64,000 bases of DNA from an uncultured Chloroflexia bacterium (GCA_963797095.1 CAWCNY010000004.1:128001-192000), one strand, 5' to 3'; shown: positions 9,411-19,851, numbered from the stretch's first letter. Numbers and translations are program-made. The notes: generated from the letters alone by a model not told the origin.

Positions 9411-11999
9411 CTATCCCCGCCTGAAGATGCGGCGCATCTGCCGAGCAGGCATACTTCTAAGAAGCTTGACCCGCAATCTATCGTAGGCTGTGCCCACGGT
9501 CTTCCGCTCGGACGTATCAAGGCGGTCTCTACCAAATCGCTCGCGCACGTAAGCCCGGGCAATTGTCCGCGCGAACAGCGACGTGCCAGGAACCTCGCGA
9601 GATAGCGACTCGCTAAACTCATACGGAGTTTGATGGGGCGCAGGCCCTGCCCGCAGCAACCTGGACCAGAACAGCATCCGATAGTAGTAGAAGCGCGCGG
9701 TGCCCGGCCTCCTGCGGCGTCCCAACGGTGATTGAGGGAGGAATAGGAATAGTCCCACTCCCAGCATCACCGCCACGGCGGCCACCCATGCCCACGGATT
9801 TCCGGTTAAGTCGACGCCACCGGTGGTCGTGTCTGTCGCACTTGGTGGCACCACTCCTGGGTCATGGTCCCTATCCTGGAGGGGCGTTGGCGTCATCGCC
9901 GGTCCGGAATCCTTAGTCGGGGCTGGCGTCGGCTCCTGAGCGGTCAGGCCCGGCACGATAACAGCTTGCGACGGCGTAGGCTCGAACTCGATCCAGCCGT
10001 AAGAAGGGAAATACACCTCAGGCCACGAATGGGCAGAGGACTCGCGTATCGTGTAAATGCCCGTATTCGGGTCGAATTCACCCGGCGCGTAGCCTCCGGC
10101 CAGTCGAGCGGGCACGCCAACTTCCCTGAGCATGATCACCATCGCGCTTGCGTAATACTCGCAATACCCTTCTTTCGCATCGAAGAGGAACCAGCTAACG
10201 CGGTCGGTTCCGTTTGGAGGTGGGGTAATGTTGGTGCTGTATGTGTAGTTTGTACGCAGATAGGTCTCGATAGCTTTCGCCTTATCGTAAGCTGTCGAAG
10301 CACCGGCCTCCTGCACTATTCTCTCGGCCAGGTTTTGCACGCGCTTTGGAACCACAGCCGGTATGGACATGTAGCGGTCCACAAGCCAGTCTGGATAGTT
10401 CGGCCTGTCAGCCCGCAACTCCGCTTCAGTCGCGTCGGACACCATCGACACAGCGCTGTACTCATCACTGGGTTGCAACTGCTCCGGGCCCTGATCTCCC
10501 TTGGCTTGCACGCTCGACAGGTCTTCATACACAGAGACTTCGCCGCTGGCCCTGAGCTCAAGAATGTAATCAGGAGCGGGTGTAAGGTCGAGGGTAACAT
10601 CAATCCCGCGATCATCCTTGAGCGCCTTGATGTCGTCCACTATCTGCGGGCCTTGCGCCGTCGCGTACAAGCAATCAAGAGGCTCTTCCGATGTACAAGG
10701 CACGCGGCCCGCCTTCAGATCTCTTTGAGCCTGTTGTAGCAACCCCATAAAGTTCTTATCTTGCAACTCCAGCGGCACGCTGCTCATAGTTTCATTGGTA
10801 AGCTCTCCAACATCTATTGGCGCGCTGCTGATCGGCTGCCAGGAAAACTCCAGGAAGGTCGGCACCGAGAACTCCACCGGGCGAGAAGCAGCGAACATCA
10901 AAGCGCCTTTTGGATTCACAATTGTGACCGTGTAGGTGATGGGATGTCGCGAGTCATCGTGCTGGGGCAATCGCCTATCGGCGTCGAGGGTCAGCAGCGG
11001 GTTCATCTTCTCTATATGAAAAGTGTCCTCCGCCGTGCTGGTCCAGCCGGTGCCGGTGTACTCATCGTAGGTTCGCACCCGCCAGTAGTGGCGCTCACTG
11101 GATTGCACAAGCATAGCCACATTGTCGCTCAGATTGAGCGACCCGCCCATAACGAAGGACTCGTTGAACGACGAATAGCCGCCCCCGGAGGCGATGCCGT
11201 TGCCGTTCACCGAAGCCCAGCGCTGCGACATCCAATCCTGGAAATCCACCCAGGGCTTATTGACCTTCTCCCACAATGAGTTGAGCGTGCTATTGACCGC
11301 CGTAGCGGGCACGTACCACATAAGGAGAGCCACAGCGATGGATAGGGCGCTGCCGGCCCACAGGAACGCCCACGTGAGGTGTGGCGAGTAGTTCACGCGT
11401 TCCCGCTGCCACCGCTCTTCTTTCATCAGCAAGTTGAAACGGATCATCAGCAGCAGGGCACTGAACATGAAAATAATAATGTAGCCGTTCAGGTTGACCA
11501 ATGAATAAGAAAGATTGATCAAGAGGGCCACGCCATTCGGCACGAGTGCCCACCACAACTGCCTTGAGCGGAAAACAAAATAGGCGCTGCTATAGGCGAG
11601 CACCCAGCACACCACAGCCAGTGACAGTATAAACACCACCACATCGTCGCTCATATCCTGGCGCACAGCCACGTCGAGCCACACTGAAGTGCGCACCAGC
11701 AGGTCCTGAACGCGATCCTGGATCGTGTGAAAGCGAGGATCGTGCATGACACTTGCCACGGCGATCAGGATCGTATTTACCCCTATCATCAGGCCAACGA
11801 GGTCCAGTAGGAAGCGCGGCACGCCACGCACTTTGGCGAGCACTATGCCCGTGGTCATGCCGATCAGGGTAATTGGAGTCAGAATCGAAAGCCCGTCCGA
11901 CCACTGCGCCTGCTGTATTGACAGCGTTACGCTGAACAACAGCATTGCCAGCAGGCCGACGGTGAGCCAACCCTCTTGGAGCCGAAGGAATTTAATCAT
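9411..11999 (-). CDS. Membrane transglutaminase-like protein (TgpA/YebA type)
   Basis: Multi-TM N-terminus, YWR..TYD.YTG.GW, GYCEYYASAM (Cys), AHSWPEVYFP (His), WIEFEPTP, C-terminal QTPYEF. Confidence 0.9.
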   Translation of the reverse strand: MIKFLRLQEGWLTVGLLAMLLFSVTLSIQQAQWSDGLSILTPITLIGMTTGIVLAKVRGVPRFLLDLVGLMIGVNTILIAVASVMHDPRFHTIQDRVQDLLVRTSVWLDVAVRQDMSDDVVVFILSLAVVCWVLAYSSAYFVFRSRQLWWALVPNGVALLINLSYSLVNLNGYIIIFMFSALLLMIRFNLLMKEERWQRERVNYSPHLTWAFLWAGSALSIAVALLMWYVPATAVNSTLNSLWEKVNKPWVDFQDWMSQRWASVNGNGIASGGGYSSFNESFVMGGSLNLSDNVAMLVQSSERHYWRVRTYDEYTGTGWTSTAEDTFHIEKMNPLLTLDADRRLPQHDDSRHPITYTVTIVNPKGALMFAASRPVEFSVPTFLEFSWQPISSAPIDVGELTNETMSSVPLELQDKNFMGLLQQAQRDLKAGRVPCTSEEPLDCLYATAQGPQIVDDIKALKDDRGIDVTLDLTPAPDYILELRASGEVSVYEDLSSVQAKGDQGPEQLQPSDEYSAVSMVSDATEAELRADRPNYPDWLVDRYMSIPAVVPKRVQNLAERIVQEAGASTAYDKAKAIETYLRTNYTYSTNITPPPNGTDRVSWFLFDAKEGYCEYYASAMVIMLREVGVPARLAGGYAPGEFDPNTGIYTIRESSAHSWPEVYFPSYGWIEFEPTPSQAVIVPGLTAQEPTPAPTKDSGPAMTPTPLQDRDHDPGVVPPSATDTTTGGVDLTGNPWAWVAAVAVMLGVGLFLFLPQSPLGRRRRPGTARFYYYRMLFWSRLLRAGPAPHQTPYEFSESLSREVPGTSLFARTIARAYVRERFGRDRLDTSERKTVGTAYDRLRVKLLRSMPARQMRRIFRRG

Positions 12000-12116
12000 T
12001 GCTTGTAAATGAGTACGTTGGGGAGTTACCGCGCCACGGTCGATCGACCCGTTACTATATACACTCCGATTATACCTGAATAGTTCCGAACGGCACAACG
12101 CCCGATCAGACTATAT

Positions 12117-13469
12117 CTAGCGGAGGTTTCGGACGGCAGGCCCGGCGAATTGCTGTCGCAACGCCGCGTCGATAGCATCGTCGCGCTTCACGAGATAGCT
12201 CGGCACGTTCAGCGCCGACAGTGCGCTCACAGTCAACAACGGGTTGCCTCCGCCGCCGAATGTTCCCGGCTCGACCAGCACAGCAGCAGCGCTGGCGATC
12301 CTGAATAACTGCGCCTGTAGAGCCTGTACCCACTCCTCGGCAAGCGATGGCGTGACGATTACGAGCGTGTCCTGTCTCCCGAATAGTCGTTGCTCAGCGA
12401 CCAGCACTTCCCCAAGCGACATATTGCCTTCGGCCCTCAGCACCGCCAGCGCCCGCAGTATCTTGGTTAGCTGGCGGCCCCCCCTGTCTGCGGGAAGAGT
12501 TACTCTATGTTGGCCCCAGGCTATCATCCCCACCGACTTACCTTCGGCGAGAAAGTACGCTGCCAGCGACGCTGCCACCGCCACCGAGTACTCCTCGGTG
12601 GTCGGATCGAGCTGTATTGGCCCACCCGCCGGCAATTGCGCCTCCCTTCCCTGCCTTGAAACGTCTCTGGTCAATCCCGGCATCCAACCAACTCGCTGGC
12701 GCGTCTCAGGCTCGTCGTCTCGGAGCGACCTGTCAGTCGCCGATACATGCACATTGGCCTGCAAGTCCACCACCAGCCACAGGTCGGCGGTGGGGTCAAG
12801 CTCGAATTCCTTTACCATCAACTTTTGGGCGCGGGCGCTGACCGGCCAGTGGATGCGGCTCATCGAGTCGCCCGGCAAGTAGTCACGAATTCCGGCTGCG
12901 TTCGGCGTCGAGTGGAAAGCGCGACGCTCGGTGCGCGCCCCTCCCGGCAGCTCGCCGAACGGCAGCCCGAAGTGTTGCAAAGGCACAATCGCCGGGTAAA
13001 CCAGTAGCTCAGCCGAAGTATCGAACACGCGCCCCATCATATAGAGGCCGAAGGGGTCTCCCGTAAGTATAGCTGTCGGGCCGAGCCTGTATAGTCCCCT
13101 GTGGATGCATAGTGTGCGGACACGCCAGCGCTTTGCCGAGTGTCCTTTGAGCGTGATAACAGCACCCACGTGGTGCCCCGGCAGCGTTGACCTATCGCGA
13201 ACCTCAAGCCACAGCTTGCGCAGCCACGACAAGTTGTCAATCTCGATGGTCTCCTGCACGGTAGCGCCCACTTGCGCCTGGGCAGGCTCGACGGTGCGCC
13301 GCACACGCAAGCCTCGCTTGCCGAAATGCGCCCACAGAAACGCAACCACCAGCACCGCCGCGAGCACATAAGCAAGGTAGTACAGCAACCGCAATCCTAC
13401 GGTCAAGGCTACCACATATATCGCGACCGTGAAGATCGCAAGCCGTATTGCGTTTGAATAATCCGACAC
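12117..13469 (-). CDS. DUF58 family protein (MoxR-associated)
   Basis: RGLY..G, DPFGL, IRDYLPGDSMSRIHWPVSAR, LMVKEFE. Confidence 0.92.
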   Translation of the reverse strand: MSDYSNAIRLAIFTVAIYVVALTVGLRLLYYLAYVLAAVLVVAFLWAHFGKRGLRVRRTVEPAQAQVGATVQETIEIDNLSWLRKLWLEVRDRSTLPGHHVGAVITLKGHSAKRWRVRTLCIHRGLYRLGPTAILTGDPFGLYMMGRVFDTSAELLVYPAIVPLQHFGLPFGELPGGARTERRAFHSTPNAAGIRDYLPGDSMSRIHWPVSARAQKLMVKEFELDPTADLWLVVDLQANVHVSATDRSLRDDEPETRQRVGWMPGLTRDVSRQGREAQLPAGGPIQLDPTTEEYSVAVAASLAAYFLAEGKSVGMIAWGQHRVTLPADRGGRQLTKILRALAVLRAEGNMSLGEVLVAEQRLFGRQDTLVIVTPSLAEEWVQALQAQLFRIASAAAVLVEPGTFGGGGNPLLTVSALSALNVPSYLVKRDDAIDAALRQQFAGPAVRNLR

Positions 13470-13492
13470 AGAATACCCCTTAGCAGGTTACA

Positions 13493-14536
13493 CTATTGCG
13501 TTTGTCTGTTGCCGACAGGCAAGGTGCCTGGGACCGGCGTATTTCTCAAGATTTCAGCGATCACCGAGCGCGGGTCGGAGTTCCTTATCCGAGCCGCCGG
13601 GTTGAGGATCAACCTGTGGGCCAGCGTTGCCTCTGCCAGGGCCTTGATATCGTCGGGGATAACATAGTCTCTGCCCATGATGGCGGCGCGCGCCTGCGCT
13701 GAAGATTGCAGCGCAAGCGACCCACGCGGGCTTGCTCCCAGGTAGATGTCTTCATGCCTTCTCGTGGCCGACACCAGGGCGACAATATACTCCTTGATAA
13801 GCCTGTCGACGTGCACACTCTTGATCGCTTGCTGGGCCGCCAGCAGCTCGTTCGACTCTACCACCTGCTTCAACTGAGTCAAGGGGTGAACCTGCTCCTG
13901 CCTGTTAAGGACTTCGATCTCCTCGGTGCGGCTGGGATAACCGAGCGTGATGCGGATCAGGAAGCGGTCAAGTTGGGCTTCGGGCAGCGGGAAAGTCCCT
14001 TCATACTCTATCGGGTTCTGAGTCGCCAGCACGATGAACGGCCTGGGGAGCGCATAAGTCACTCCATCCACCGTCACCTGCTTCTCCTCCATTGTTTCCA
14101 GCAGAGCAGACTGGGTCTTGGGAGTGGCGCGGTTGATCTCATCAGCAAGTACAATCTGCGCCATTACGGGGCCTGGCCGGTACTCGAACTCACCGTTTTT
14201 CTGATTGTAGATCGATACGCCGGTCACGTCTGTGGGAAGGAGATCAGGCGTAAACTGAATACGCTTGAACGTGCACCCCAGCGAGCGGGCCACGGCCTTT
14301 GCAAGCATCGTCTTGCCAACCCCAGGCACATCTTCCAGCAACACATGCCCCTGGCAGAGCAGCGCTATCAACGCAGACTGCACCTCCAGGTGTTTGCCCA
14401 CGATCACATGCTCGACGTTCTCGGCCAGCCGCTCGGCAAGCCCCCTTACATCCACTACCTGCACCATATCCGGTGCCTGCATCGTATCTGCACCGGCATG
14501 CTGGTCGCCGGTGCCCTTTATTGCATTGTCAGACAT
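13493..14536 (-). CDS. moxR: MoxR family AAA+ ATPase
   Basis: [56 protein letters not shown]. Confidence 0.96.
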   Translation of the reverse strand: MSDNAIKGTGDQHAGADTMQAPDMVQVVDVRGLAERLAENVEHVIVGKHLEVQSALIALLCQGHVLLEDVPGVGKTMLAKAVARSLGCTFKRIQFTPDLLPTDVTGVSIYNQKNGEFEYRPGPVMAQIVLADEINRATPKTQSALLETMEEKQVTVDGVTYALPRPFIVLATQNPIEYEGTFPLPEAQLDRFLIRITLGYPSRTEEIEVLNRQEQVHPLTQLKQVVESNELLAAQQAIKSVHVDRLIKEYIVALVSATRRHEDIYLGASPRGSLALQSSAQARAAIMGRDYVIPDDIKALAEATLAHRLILNPAARIRNSDPRSVIAEILRNTPVPGTLPVGNRQTQ

Positions 14537-14590
14537 CAATTCCCCTTATGTGTGATCAGCTCGGTTCAGCGTTACTCAATCATTATAGCG

Positions 14591-14628
14591 AAATAAAGAG
14601 GGAACCGCACCATCCGGACGGTTCCCTT
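14591..14628 (-). terminator. Intrinsic terminator after ECF/anti-sigma pair
   Basis: AGGGAACCG / CGGTTCCCT stem with T-rich tail on the minus strand. Confidence 0.6.
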
Positions 14629-14657
14629 CAACAGTTGCAGTTTCGCGTGTGGCCGGT

Positions 14658-15026
14658 TTATCTCACAGGGAAGGCTACATCGGTCAGCCTGTAGAAACTA
14701 TGCCGCCTGGCGTCTGACGGTGCGTCATACTGTTCCGCAGATGACGAATCCTGCGGGAGAGGCATTTCTGTGCCAATGTTCGCCGGTTCTTCAACCGCCA
14801 TCGACCCGAAAGGCCCACGCACGCGCTCGCTAAGTCGCTGCCAGACCGCTTTGGGGTCGTGCTGTAGCCATGGGGTGCCATGCATTGCATGCTTGACCAG
14901 CACGTCGATAGCGCGATCTTCTTCGTCCATTTCATCCTCAACTTCCAACATGGCCTCACCGGGCGGCAAATCGCCCGCCAGATCCTCACCGAGGCTCTCT
15001 GCCAGGTCCCTAATACGACGGATCAT
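14658..15026 (-). CDS. Acidic soluble hypothetical protein, candidate anti-sigma factor
   Basis: Overlaps the ECF stop codon; no TM; P..VWQRLSERV resembles an anti-sigma domain end. Confidence 0.55.
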   Translation of the reverse strand: MIRRIRDLAESLGEDLAGDLPPGEAMLEVEDEMDEEDRAIDVLVKHAMHGTPWLQHDPKAVWQRLSERVRGPFGSMAVEEPANIGTEMPLPQDSSSAEQYDAPSDARRHSFYRLTDVAFPVR

Positions 15027-15756
15027 AAGCGGCCTCCAGAGGCATCCTCTGCCCTGTCTCCAGCGTAGATCGCAGAGCTTTGCGTGCATGATGCAGCCGC
15101 GACTTGACGGTACCGACCGGCAGATCGAGGATATAGGCGATCTCCGGCAGCGAGAAGTCTTGCAAGTAATGCAGCGTGATTACCAACCTGTGTTTCAGGG
15201 GAAGAGCGTTTATGGCGGCTCTCATGGTCCCCTGAAGCTCTGCACGCTCGGCGTGTGCTTCGGGCGATTGGTGTGGGTCTGTGGCGAAGTTGCCCTCGGC
15301 AACGTCGTCAAGCGGTTCGGTATGCATCCGGCGCTTCTTGATAGCGTTGCAGCTAAGGTTGACCGCTACCCTGTGCAACCAGGGGCTGAGCGAGCCATCT
15401 CCGGTGATATTCATGATGTTCAGGTATGTTTTGTAGAAGCAGTCCTGCAACACTTCTTCGGCGGCTCCAGGATCTCGCGTGATGGCGAGAGCAGTCCGGA
15501 AGATATGGCCCTGGTACTTGAAGAAAAGCGACTCGAACGCGGCCATGTCGCCGCGCTGGATCTTGTGCACAAGATCGGTATCTGGGTGGGCGGGCGCGGC
15601 AACCGCGCCGGGCATATTAAGCAGAGGTTCCAACTTGATCTCCTCTAGCAGTGAGAAATAGTCATCCGGAGGACTATCGGCATCCTGGCCCGCGTCGCCT
15701 CGCCCCTCGATCCGATCCTGTAAGCGTTTTGCAATGATCTGGAAATCTATCTCCAT
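15010..15756 (-). CDS. ECF (sigma70 group 4) RNA polymerase sigma factor
   Basis: GDMAAFESLF, AEEVLQD.F, WLHRVAVN, EIAYILDLPVGTVKSRLHHAR; start chosen at ATG 15756. Confidence 0.93.
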   Translation of the reverse strand: MEIDFQIIAKRLQDRIEGRGDAGQDADSPPDDYFSLLEEIKLEPLLNMPGAVAAPAHPDTDLVHKIQRGDMAAFESLFFKYQGHIFRTALAITRDPGAAEEVLQDCFYKTYLNIMNITGDGSLSPWLHRVAVNLSCNAIKKRRMHTEPLDDVAEGNFATDPHQSPEAHAERAELQGTMRAAINALPLKHRLVITLHYLQDFSLPEIAYILDLPVGTVKSRLHHARKALRSTLETGQRMPLEAAYDPSY

Positions 15757-15787
15757 CGAGGACACCTGCCAAGTACAGCCTGAATAA

Positions 15788-15816
15788 TTACACAACTCAA
15801 CCGGCGGCTTGGTTCA
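15788..15816 (-). promoter_or_regulatory. Putative ECF-type autoregulatory promoter
   Basis: TGAACC-N17-GTGTAA on the minus strand just upstream of the ECF gene. Confidence 0.4.
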
Positions 15817-16012
15817 AACTGGAGCAGCGATCCGCCGGGTCAACGTGGGTGCTCGGAAACTACCTCACTGGTAAGCCTGCTTGTTATCATTAACGTACAT
15901 GACGCAAGCAAGTTACGCAAGTGGTGGGCGCTGGGATGGTTTCCTGTGCGTTATTATACCGCACCTGTCAAGATTGACGTGTACAGAGGGTGATTGCTGC
16001 TTCCAGTACAGG

Positions 16013-16093
16013 TGCCGGAGGAGGGATTCGAACCCTCACGGATTTCTCCACTCGATTTTAAGTCGAGCGCGGCTGCCGTTACGCCACTCCGGC
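16013..16093 (-). tRNA. tRNA-Leu(TAA)
   Basis: GCCGGAG acceptor stem, anticodon arm CTCGA-CT-TAA-AA-TCGAG, variable arm, GGTTCGAATCC; no full CCA encoded. Confidence 0.95.
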
Positions 16094-16097
16094 GATC

Positions 16098-16123
16098 AAA
16101 AAAGGGAAGCCATCGAGCTTCCC
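16098..16123 (-). terminator. Terminator-like hairpin between tRNA-Gly and tRNA-Leu(TAA)
   Basis: Minus strand GGGAAGC-TCGATG-GCTTCCC followed by T6. Confidence 0.65.
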
Positions 16124-16128
16124 CAGGG

Positions 16129-16200
16129 AGCGGAAGACGAGATTCGAACTCGCGACCTTCTCCTTGGCAAGGAGACGCGCTACCGCTGCGCCACTTCCGC
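16129..16200 (-). tRNA. tRNA-Gly(GCC)
   Basis: GCGGAAG stem, TCTCC-TT-GCC-AA-GGAGA, GTTCGAATC. Confidence 0.96.
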
Positions 16201-16212
16201 AATTACAGGCTG

Positions 16213-16241
16213 ATTATAGCAAATCACCCCAGCAGTGTCAA
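16213..16241 (-). promoter_or_regulatory. sigma70 promoter of tRNA-Gly/Leu
   Basis: Perfect TTGACA-N17-TATAAT on the minus strand. Confidence 0.9.
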
Positions 16242-16433
16242 GCCGATTTCAACTCTCCTCCGCTTCACCTGTGCTCAGAATATGTACCCGAAAGTACGCC
16301 CCAAAAGTTGTCCAGTTTTGTCCTACTAATGTCATTAAGTAGTTAGAGGGGGATGTAGCTAGCTCTCAAACGAAGCGCGCGACGGGACCACATGACATAC
16401 CCAATGGTCCATATCGGTCAATCCGGTTGCCGT

Positions 16434-17195
16434 TCACTCCTCGCGAGGCTTCACCGCCACTACGGCCACAGACGACCCGAAGGGCAAATTGACCACCCGC
16501 AGAAGGAGGTGCTCCAACCCAACACAGGCGCTCAGTAAAAGGTTGACGGGCGCAGGAGGCAAAACGATATCGGAGCGGGCAGGCGAGCTAAGGTCCTCTT
16601 CCTTCTCACGACGGAGCAGCCGCACCAACACCACCACCGGGAAAAGGAACATGTTCCAATAGGTAGTGCGTTTCACGCGAAATCCCGCTTGCCGCAACTT
16701 TTCCTCTATCTCATACCCGGTAACGCGACGCGCCACCGCTGTAGCGCGGTCGTGCTCGCTTCGGAGGAAACCATATGCAGGCAAGTTCAGGAAAAGACGA
16801 CCCCCCGGCCTGAGTACCCGGTGCATCTCGCGCAGAGCCTGCATCTCGTTATCGGTGCCCGCATCGGTAACAACATCGCAGGAGATCACGAGGTCGAATG
16901 TATCACTCTCATAAGGAATGTCGGTGATAGATCCAAGCCGCACGTTGGACAGCCCGCGCCTCCGGCAAAACTCGACGGCGACAGGGCTGAGGTCGAATCC
17001 CCCAAGATTTGCGAAGCCTCTCTCGGCCAGGGCATGCAAGGTACCACCGGTACCGCACCCGGCATCGAGAATGCGCGCCGTTTTGCGCCGCGCCTTCCCC
17101 AGCCCCAGGAGGGTCGAGATCACTCCGCGCAGTCCGCGATACCACCAGTGGGTGTCCTCGGCCTCGTACATGATCTTGTACTCTTCGTACTCCAC
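16434..17195 (-). CDS. Class I SAM-dependent methyltransferase
   Basis: E.THWWY, ILDAGCGTG, FDLV, RVLRPGG; start chosen at GTG 17195. Confidence 0.9.
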   Translation of the reverse strand: MEYEEYKIMYEAEDTHWWYRGLRGVISTLLGLGKARRKTARILDAGCGTGGTLHALAERGFANLGGFDLSPVAVEFCRRRGLSNVRLGSITDIPYESDTFDLVISCDVVTDAGTDNEMQALREMHRVLRPGGRLFLNLPAYGFLRSEHDRATAVARRVTGYEIEEKLRQAGFRVKRTTYWNMFLFPVVVLVRLLRREKEEDLSSPARSDIVLPPAPVNLLLSACVGLEHLLLRVVNLPFGSSVAVVAVKPREE

Positions 17196-17202
17196 CTGGC
17201 CG

Positions 17203-18144
17203 TCAGGTCTCCGGATGCGCACGCATGTAGCTGATAGTGAGGTCAAGCCCTTCGGCGAAGTCCACTTCCGGGTGATACCCCAACAATCGCTCGGCCTTGC
17301 TTATGTCCGCCAGCGAGTGCTTTACGTCCCCAGCCCGCTCAGCTTCGAAGATAGGTTCGATGTTCGTGCCCAGCAGCCGGTTGATCTCTCGCACAAGATC
17401 GAGCAGCGAAATGCGCTCTCCGCATGCAACATTGACCGCTTCGCCGTCTGCGGCATCTGTCTCGCACGCCAGCAGATTGGCAAGCACGACATTCTTGACA
17501 TACGTGAAGTCGCGGGTTTGCAGACCATCGCCGTAGATAGTTGGTCGCCTACCGGCAAGGGTGGCCGCGATAAAGGCCGGGATCACCGCTGCGTACTGTG
17601 ACCTGGGGTCTTGCCTGGGTCCAAACACGTTGAAATACCGGATCGAGACGGTTGGAAGTCCGAATACTCTGGTGAAAACCTTGCAGTATTCCTCAGCAGC
17701 CAGCTTGTTCACGGCATAGGGCGAAAGTGGCTGCGTAGGCATATCTTCACGCTTTGGCAGGGTAGGGCTGTCGCCGTACACCGACGAGGAGGAGGCATAC
17801 ACTACTTTCTTGACACCGGCGTCGCGTGCCGCGAGGAGCAGCTTCAGCGTACCCGTAGCGTTCGATTCATGTGAGAGCAACGGATCTGACACCGAGCGTG
17901 GCACTGATGGCAGTGCGGCCTGGTGCAAAATAAAGTCAACGTCATTGATCGCATGGTTCAAGGCATTCGAGTCGTTCAGGTCGCCCTCGACAAACTCAAC
18001 CTTGTCAAGGAACCGCGACATGTTCGCCATCTTGCCGGTTGATAAGTTGTCCAGGGCGCGTACATTCAGGTCACGCGATACAAGTTCTTCGACTATGTTG
18101 GAGCCAATGAAACCCGCCGCGCCTGTCACAAGATAGAGAGTCAC
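17203..18144 (-). CDS. NAD-dependent nucleotide-sugar epimerase (WbpP/TviC-like extended SDR)
   Basis: LVTGAAGFIGS, HQAALPSVPRS, YAVNK, RYFNVFGPRQ; GTG start 18144. Confidence 0.93.
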   Translation of the reverse strand: MTLYLVTGAAGFIGSNIVEELVSRDLNVRALDNLSTGKMANMSRFLDKVEFVEGDLNDSNALNHAINDVDFILHQAALPSVPRSVSDPLLSHESNATGTLKLLLAARDAGVKKVVYASSSSVYGDSPTLPKREDMPTQPLSPYAVNKLAAEEYCKVFTRVFGLPTVSIRYFNVFGPRQDPRSQYAAVIPAFIAATLAGRRPTIYGDGLQTRDFTYVKNVVLANLLACETDAADGEAVNVACGERISLLDLVREINRLLGTNIEPIFEAERAGDVKHSLADISKAERLLGYHPEVDFAEGLDLTISYMRAHPET

Positions 18145-18335
18145 GTCACCCCCAACGATCTTATTCGTTACAGTTAAAGAGACATCAGCGACCCAAGAAA
18201 TGAGCCGCAACCACCGCCGATGGACACTATACGTGATTGCCCGCCAGTATGCAATGGGCGGCCCGACCCCTCGAGGATGTGTATAATGAGCCTGAGAGGA
18301 CCGATTACAGGCACAAGGCCAGCACGGAGGACGCC

Positions 18336-19709
18336 ATGAACTTGCCGTACCCAACGACTCACAAGCGAATTAAAGGTACCGTAGCCTTTGCTTTTCTATT
18401 GCTGGCTGCGCTGGTCCCCCTTGCCAATTACTGGAGCTCCGCGCGGGCGGACACCCTCTTTCCCCAGACCGGCTACAATATCTGGGGGCCATTCGAGGAG
18501 TATTGGAACGCCAACGGAGGCATGGAGCAGTTCGGCCTGCCCCGCACGTCAGTGTATCCTGCTGGGCCAGACTATGATGCACAGTGGTTTGAGCGCGCCC
18601 TTTTCACATACAACCCGTCCAACCCAGAACCGTACAAAGTAGAGCTCGGTCTCCTAGGCAACTTAATTACCGAGGATAGGCGCACGGAGCCGCCGTTCCT
18701 TCCTGCAAAGCAAGCAATCGATGGTGAATACTTCGATGCAACACAACACAACCTCTCCGGTAAGTTTCTGAAGTACTGGCAGGATACGGGAGGTCTGGCG
18801 ATTTACGGCTATCCTATCTCGGAGGCTTTCATAGAGCAAAGTAAGTCGGATGGCAAGACTTACCTCGTCCAGTACTTCGAGCGCAACCGCCTTGAGTTGC
18901 ACCCCGAGGCTGCGGGCACAAAATGGGAGGTGGAACTGGGCTTGCTAGGCTCCGAGCTACTAGACGCGCAGGGTGGCCCGCAGGCAATTGCTAAGCTTGG
19001 CTCCGGGAAATTCTACCCACACCCTGAGGCCGGGATACATGTACCCCCGGGCGGCATCGTGGATTCCCCCAATGCAGGCACGCCTGGACCCGTCGATAAG
19101 AGCATACCACCGGCCCCGGCCCTACCTTCCACCACTCGGAAAGTGCTTTTCGAAACGGAGTTCTCGTCGCCTGACCTGAGCGCCTGGCTGCCCGAATCGG
19201 CGTACAATCCCCCCGACGCAACCCCGGCATCCTGGCAGGTTGAGGGAGGGTTGTTGCACCAGAGTGGCGTGGCAGGAGAAGATGAGGACGCCTCGCTGGA
19301 CGCATTGCTCGTGACCAAAGACAAGAGCGCGAGCGACATTGTGCTTGATTCTCTCGTGTTTCCGGGCGGTGGCGAGTCTCTCGGGCTGGTGCTACGTTGG
19401 AGTCCCGATGGCTATTATTTGGCAAGGCTTTATGCTAATGCCCCCAACGACCAACCGAAGGCCCAGATTGTCCGAGTTACGCTCCTCAGTCAAACTGTGC
19501 TCGCAGAGTCGAAGGACTGGCCCGGATACACGGCGAGACAATGGCTCCATGCGAGTTTGTCGGCACAGGGTAGCCACCTTTGGCTGGAGGTCAATGGTGA
19601 GAAGATAGCCGAGGCTAACGACTCTGAGTTAGCAGAAGGAAGTTTCGGCTTTTATGCGTACGCAGACGGCACAGCATACTTCGATAATGTTAGGGCCACA
19701 CTACCCTGA
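18336..19709 (+). CDS. Secreted protein with Chloroflexi-type cell-surface repeats and C-terminal beta-sandwich (DUF1080/lectin-like) domain
   Basis: GGAGG SD, signal peptide ending ARA, repeats F..YW...GG...G.P and QYFER.R.ELHPE, C-terminal G.FG...AYFDNV. Confidence 0.7.
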   Translation: MNLPYPTTHKRIKGTVAFAFLLLAALVPLANYWSSARADTLFPQTGYNIWGPFEEYWNANGGMEQFGLPRTSVYPAGPDYDAQWFERALFTYNPSNPEPYKVELGLLGNLITEDRRTEPPFLPAKQAIDGEYFDATQHNLSGKFLKYWQDTGGLAIYGYPISEAFIEQSKSDGKTYLVQYFERNRLELHPEAAGTKWEVELGLLGSELLDAQGGPQAIAKLGSGKFYPHPEAGIHVPPGGIVDSPNAGTPGPVDKSIPPAPALPSTTRKVLFETEFSSPDLSAWLPESAYNPPDATPASWQVEGGLLHQSGVAGEDEDASLDALLVTKDKSASDIVLDSLVFPGGGESLGLVLRWSPDGYYLARLYANAPNDQPKAQIVRVTLLSQTVLAESKDWPGYTARQWLHASLSAQGSHLWLEVNGEKIAEANDSELAEGSFGFYAYADGTAYFDNVRATLP

Positions 19710-19795
19710 TAGTCGGCAGCTCAAGAGAGCGCTGACAGTGCGGAGTCATGTCCTAGAGGCGAGATGTGTTGGGCGGATCTTGCGGTGCAACTAGC

Positions 19796-19824
19796 TTGAC
19801 AGCGTGGCGCGCTGACCGTATAAT
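19796..19824 (+). promoter_or_regulatory. sigma70 promoter of tRNA-Leu/Val
   Basis: Perfect TTGACA-N17-TATAAT. Confidence 0.9.
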
Positions 19825-19851
19825 TTATGTGCACGTCCTTAAGGACGGCGC

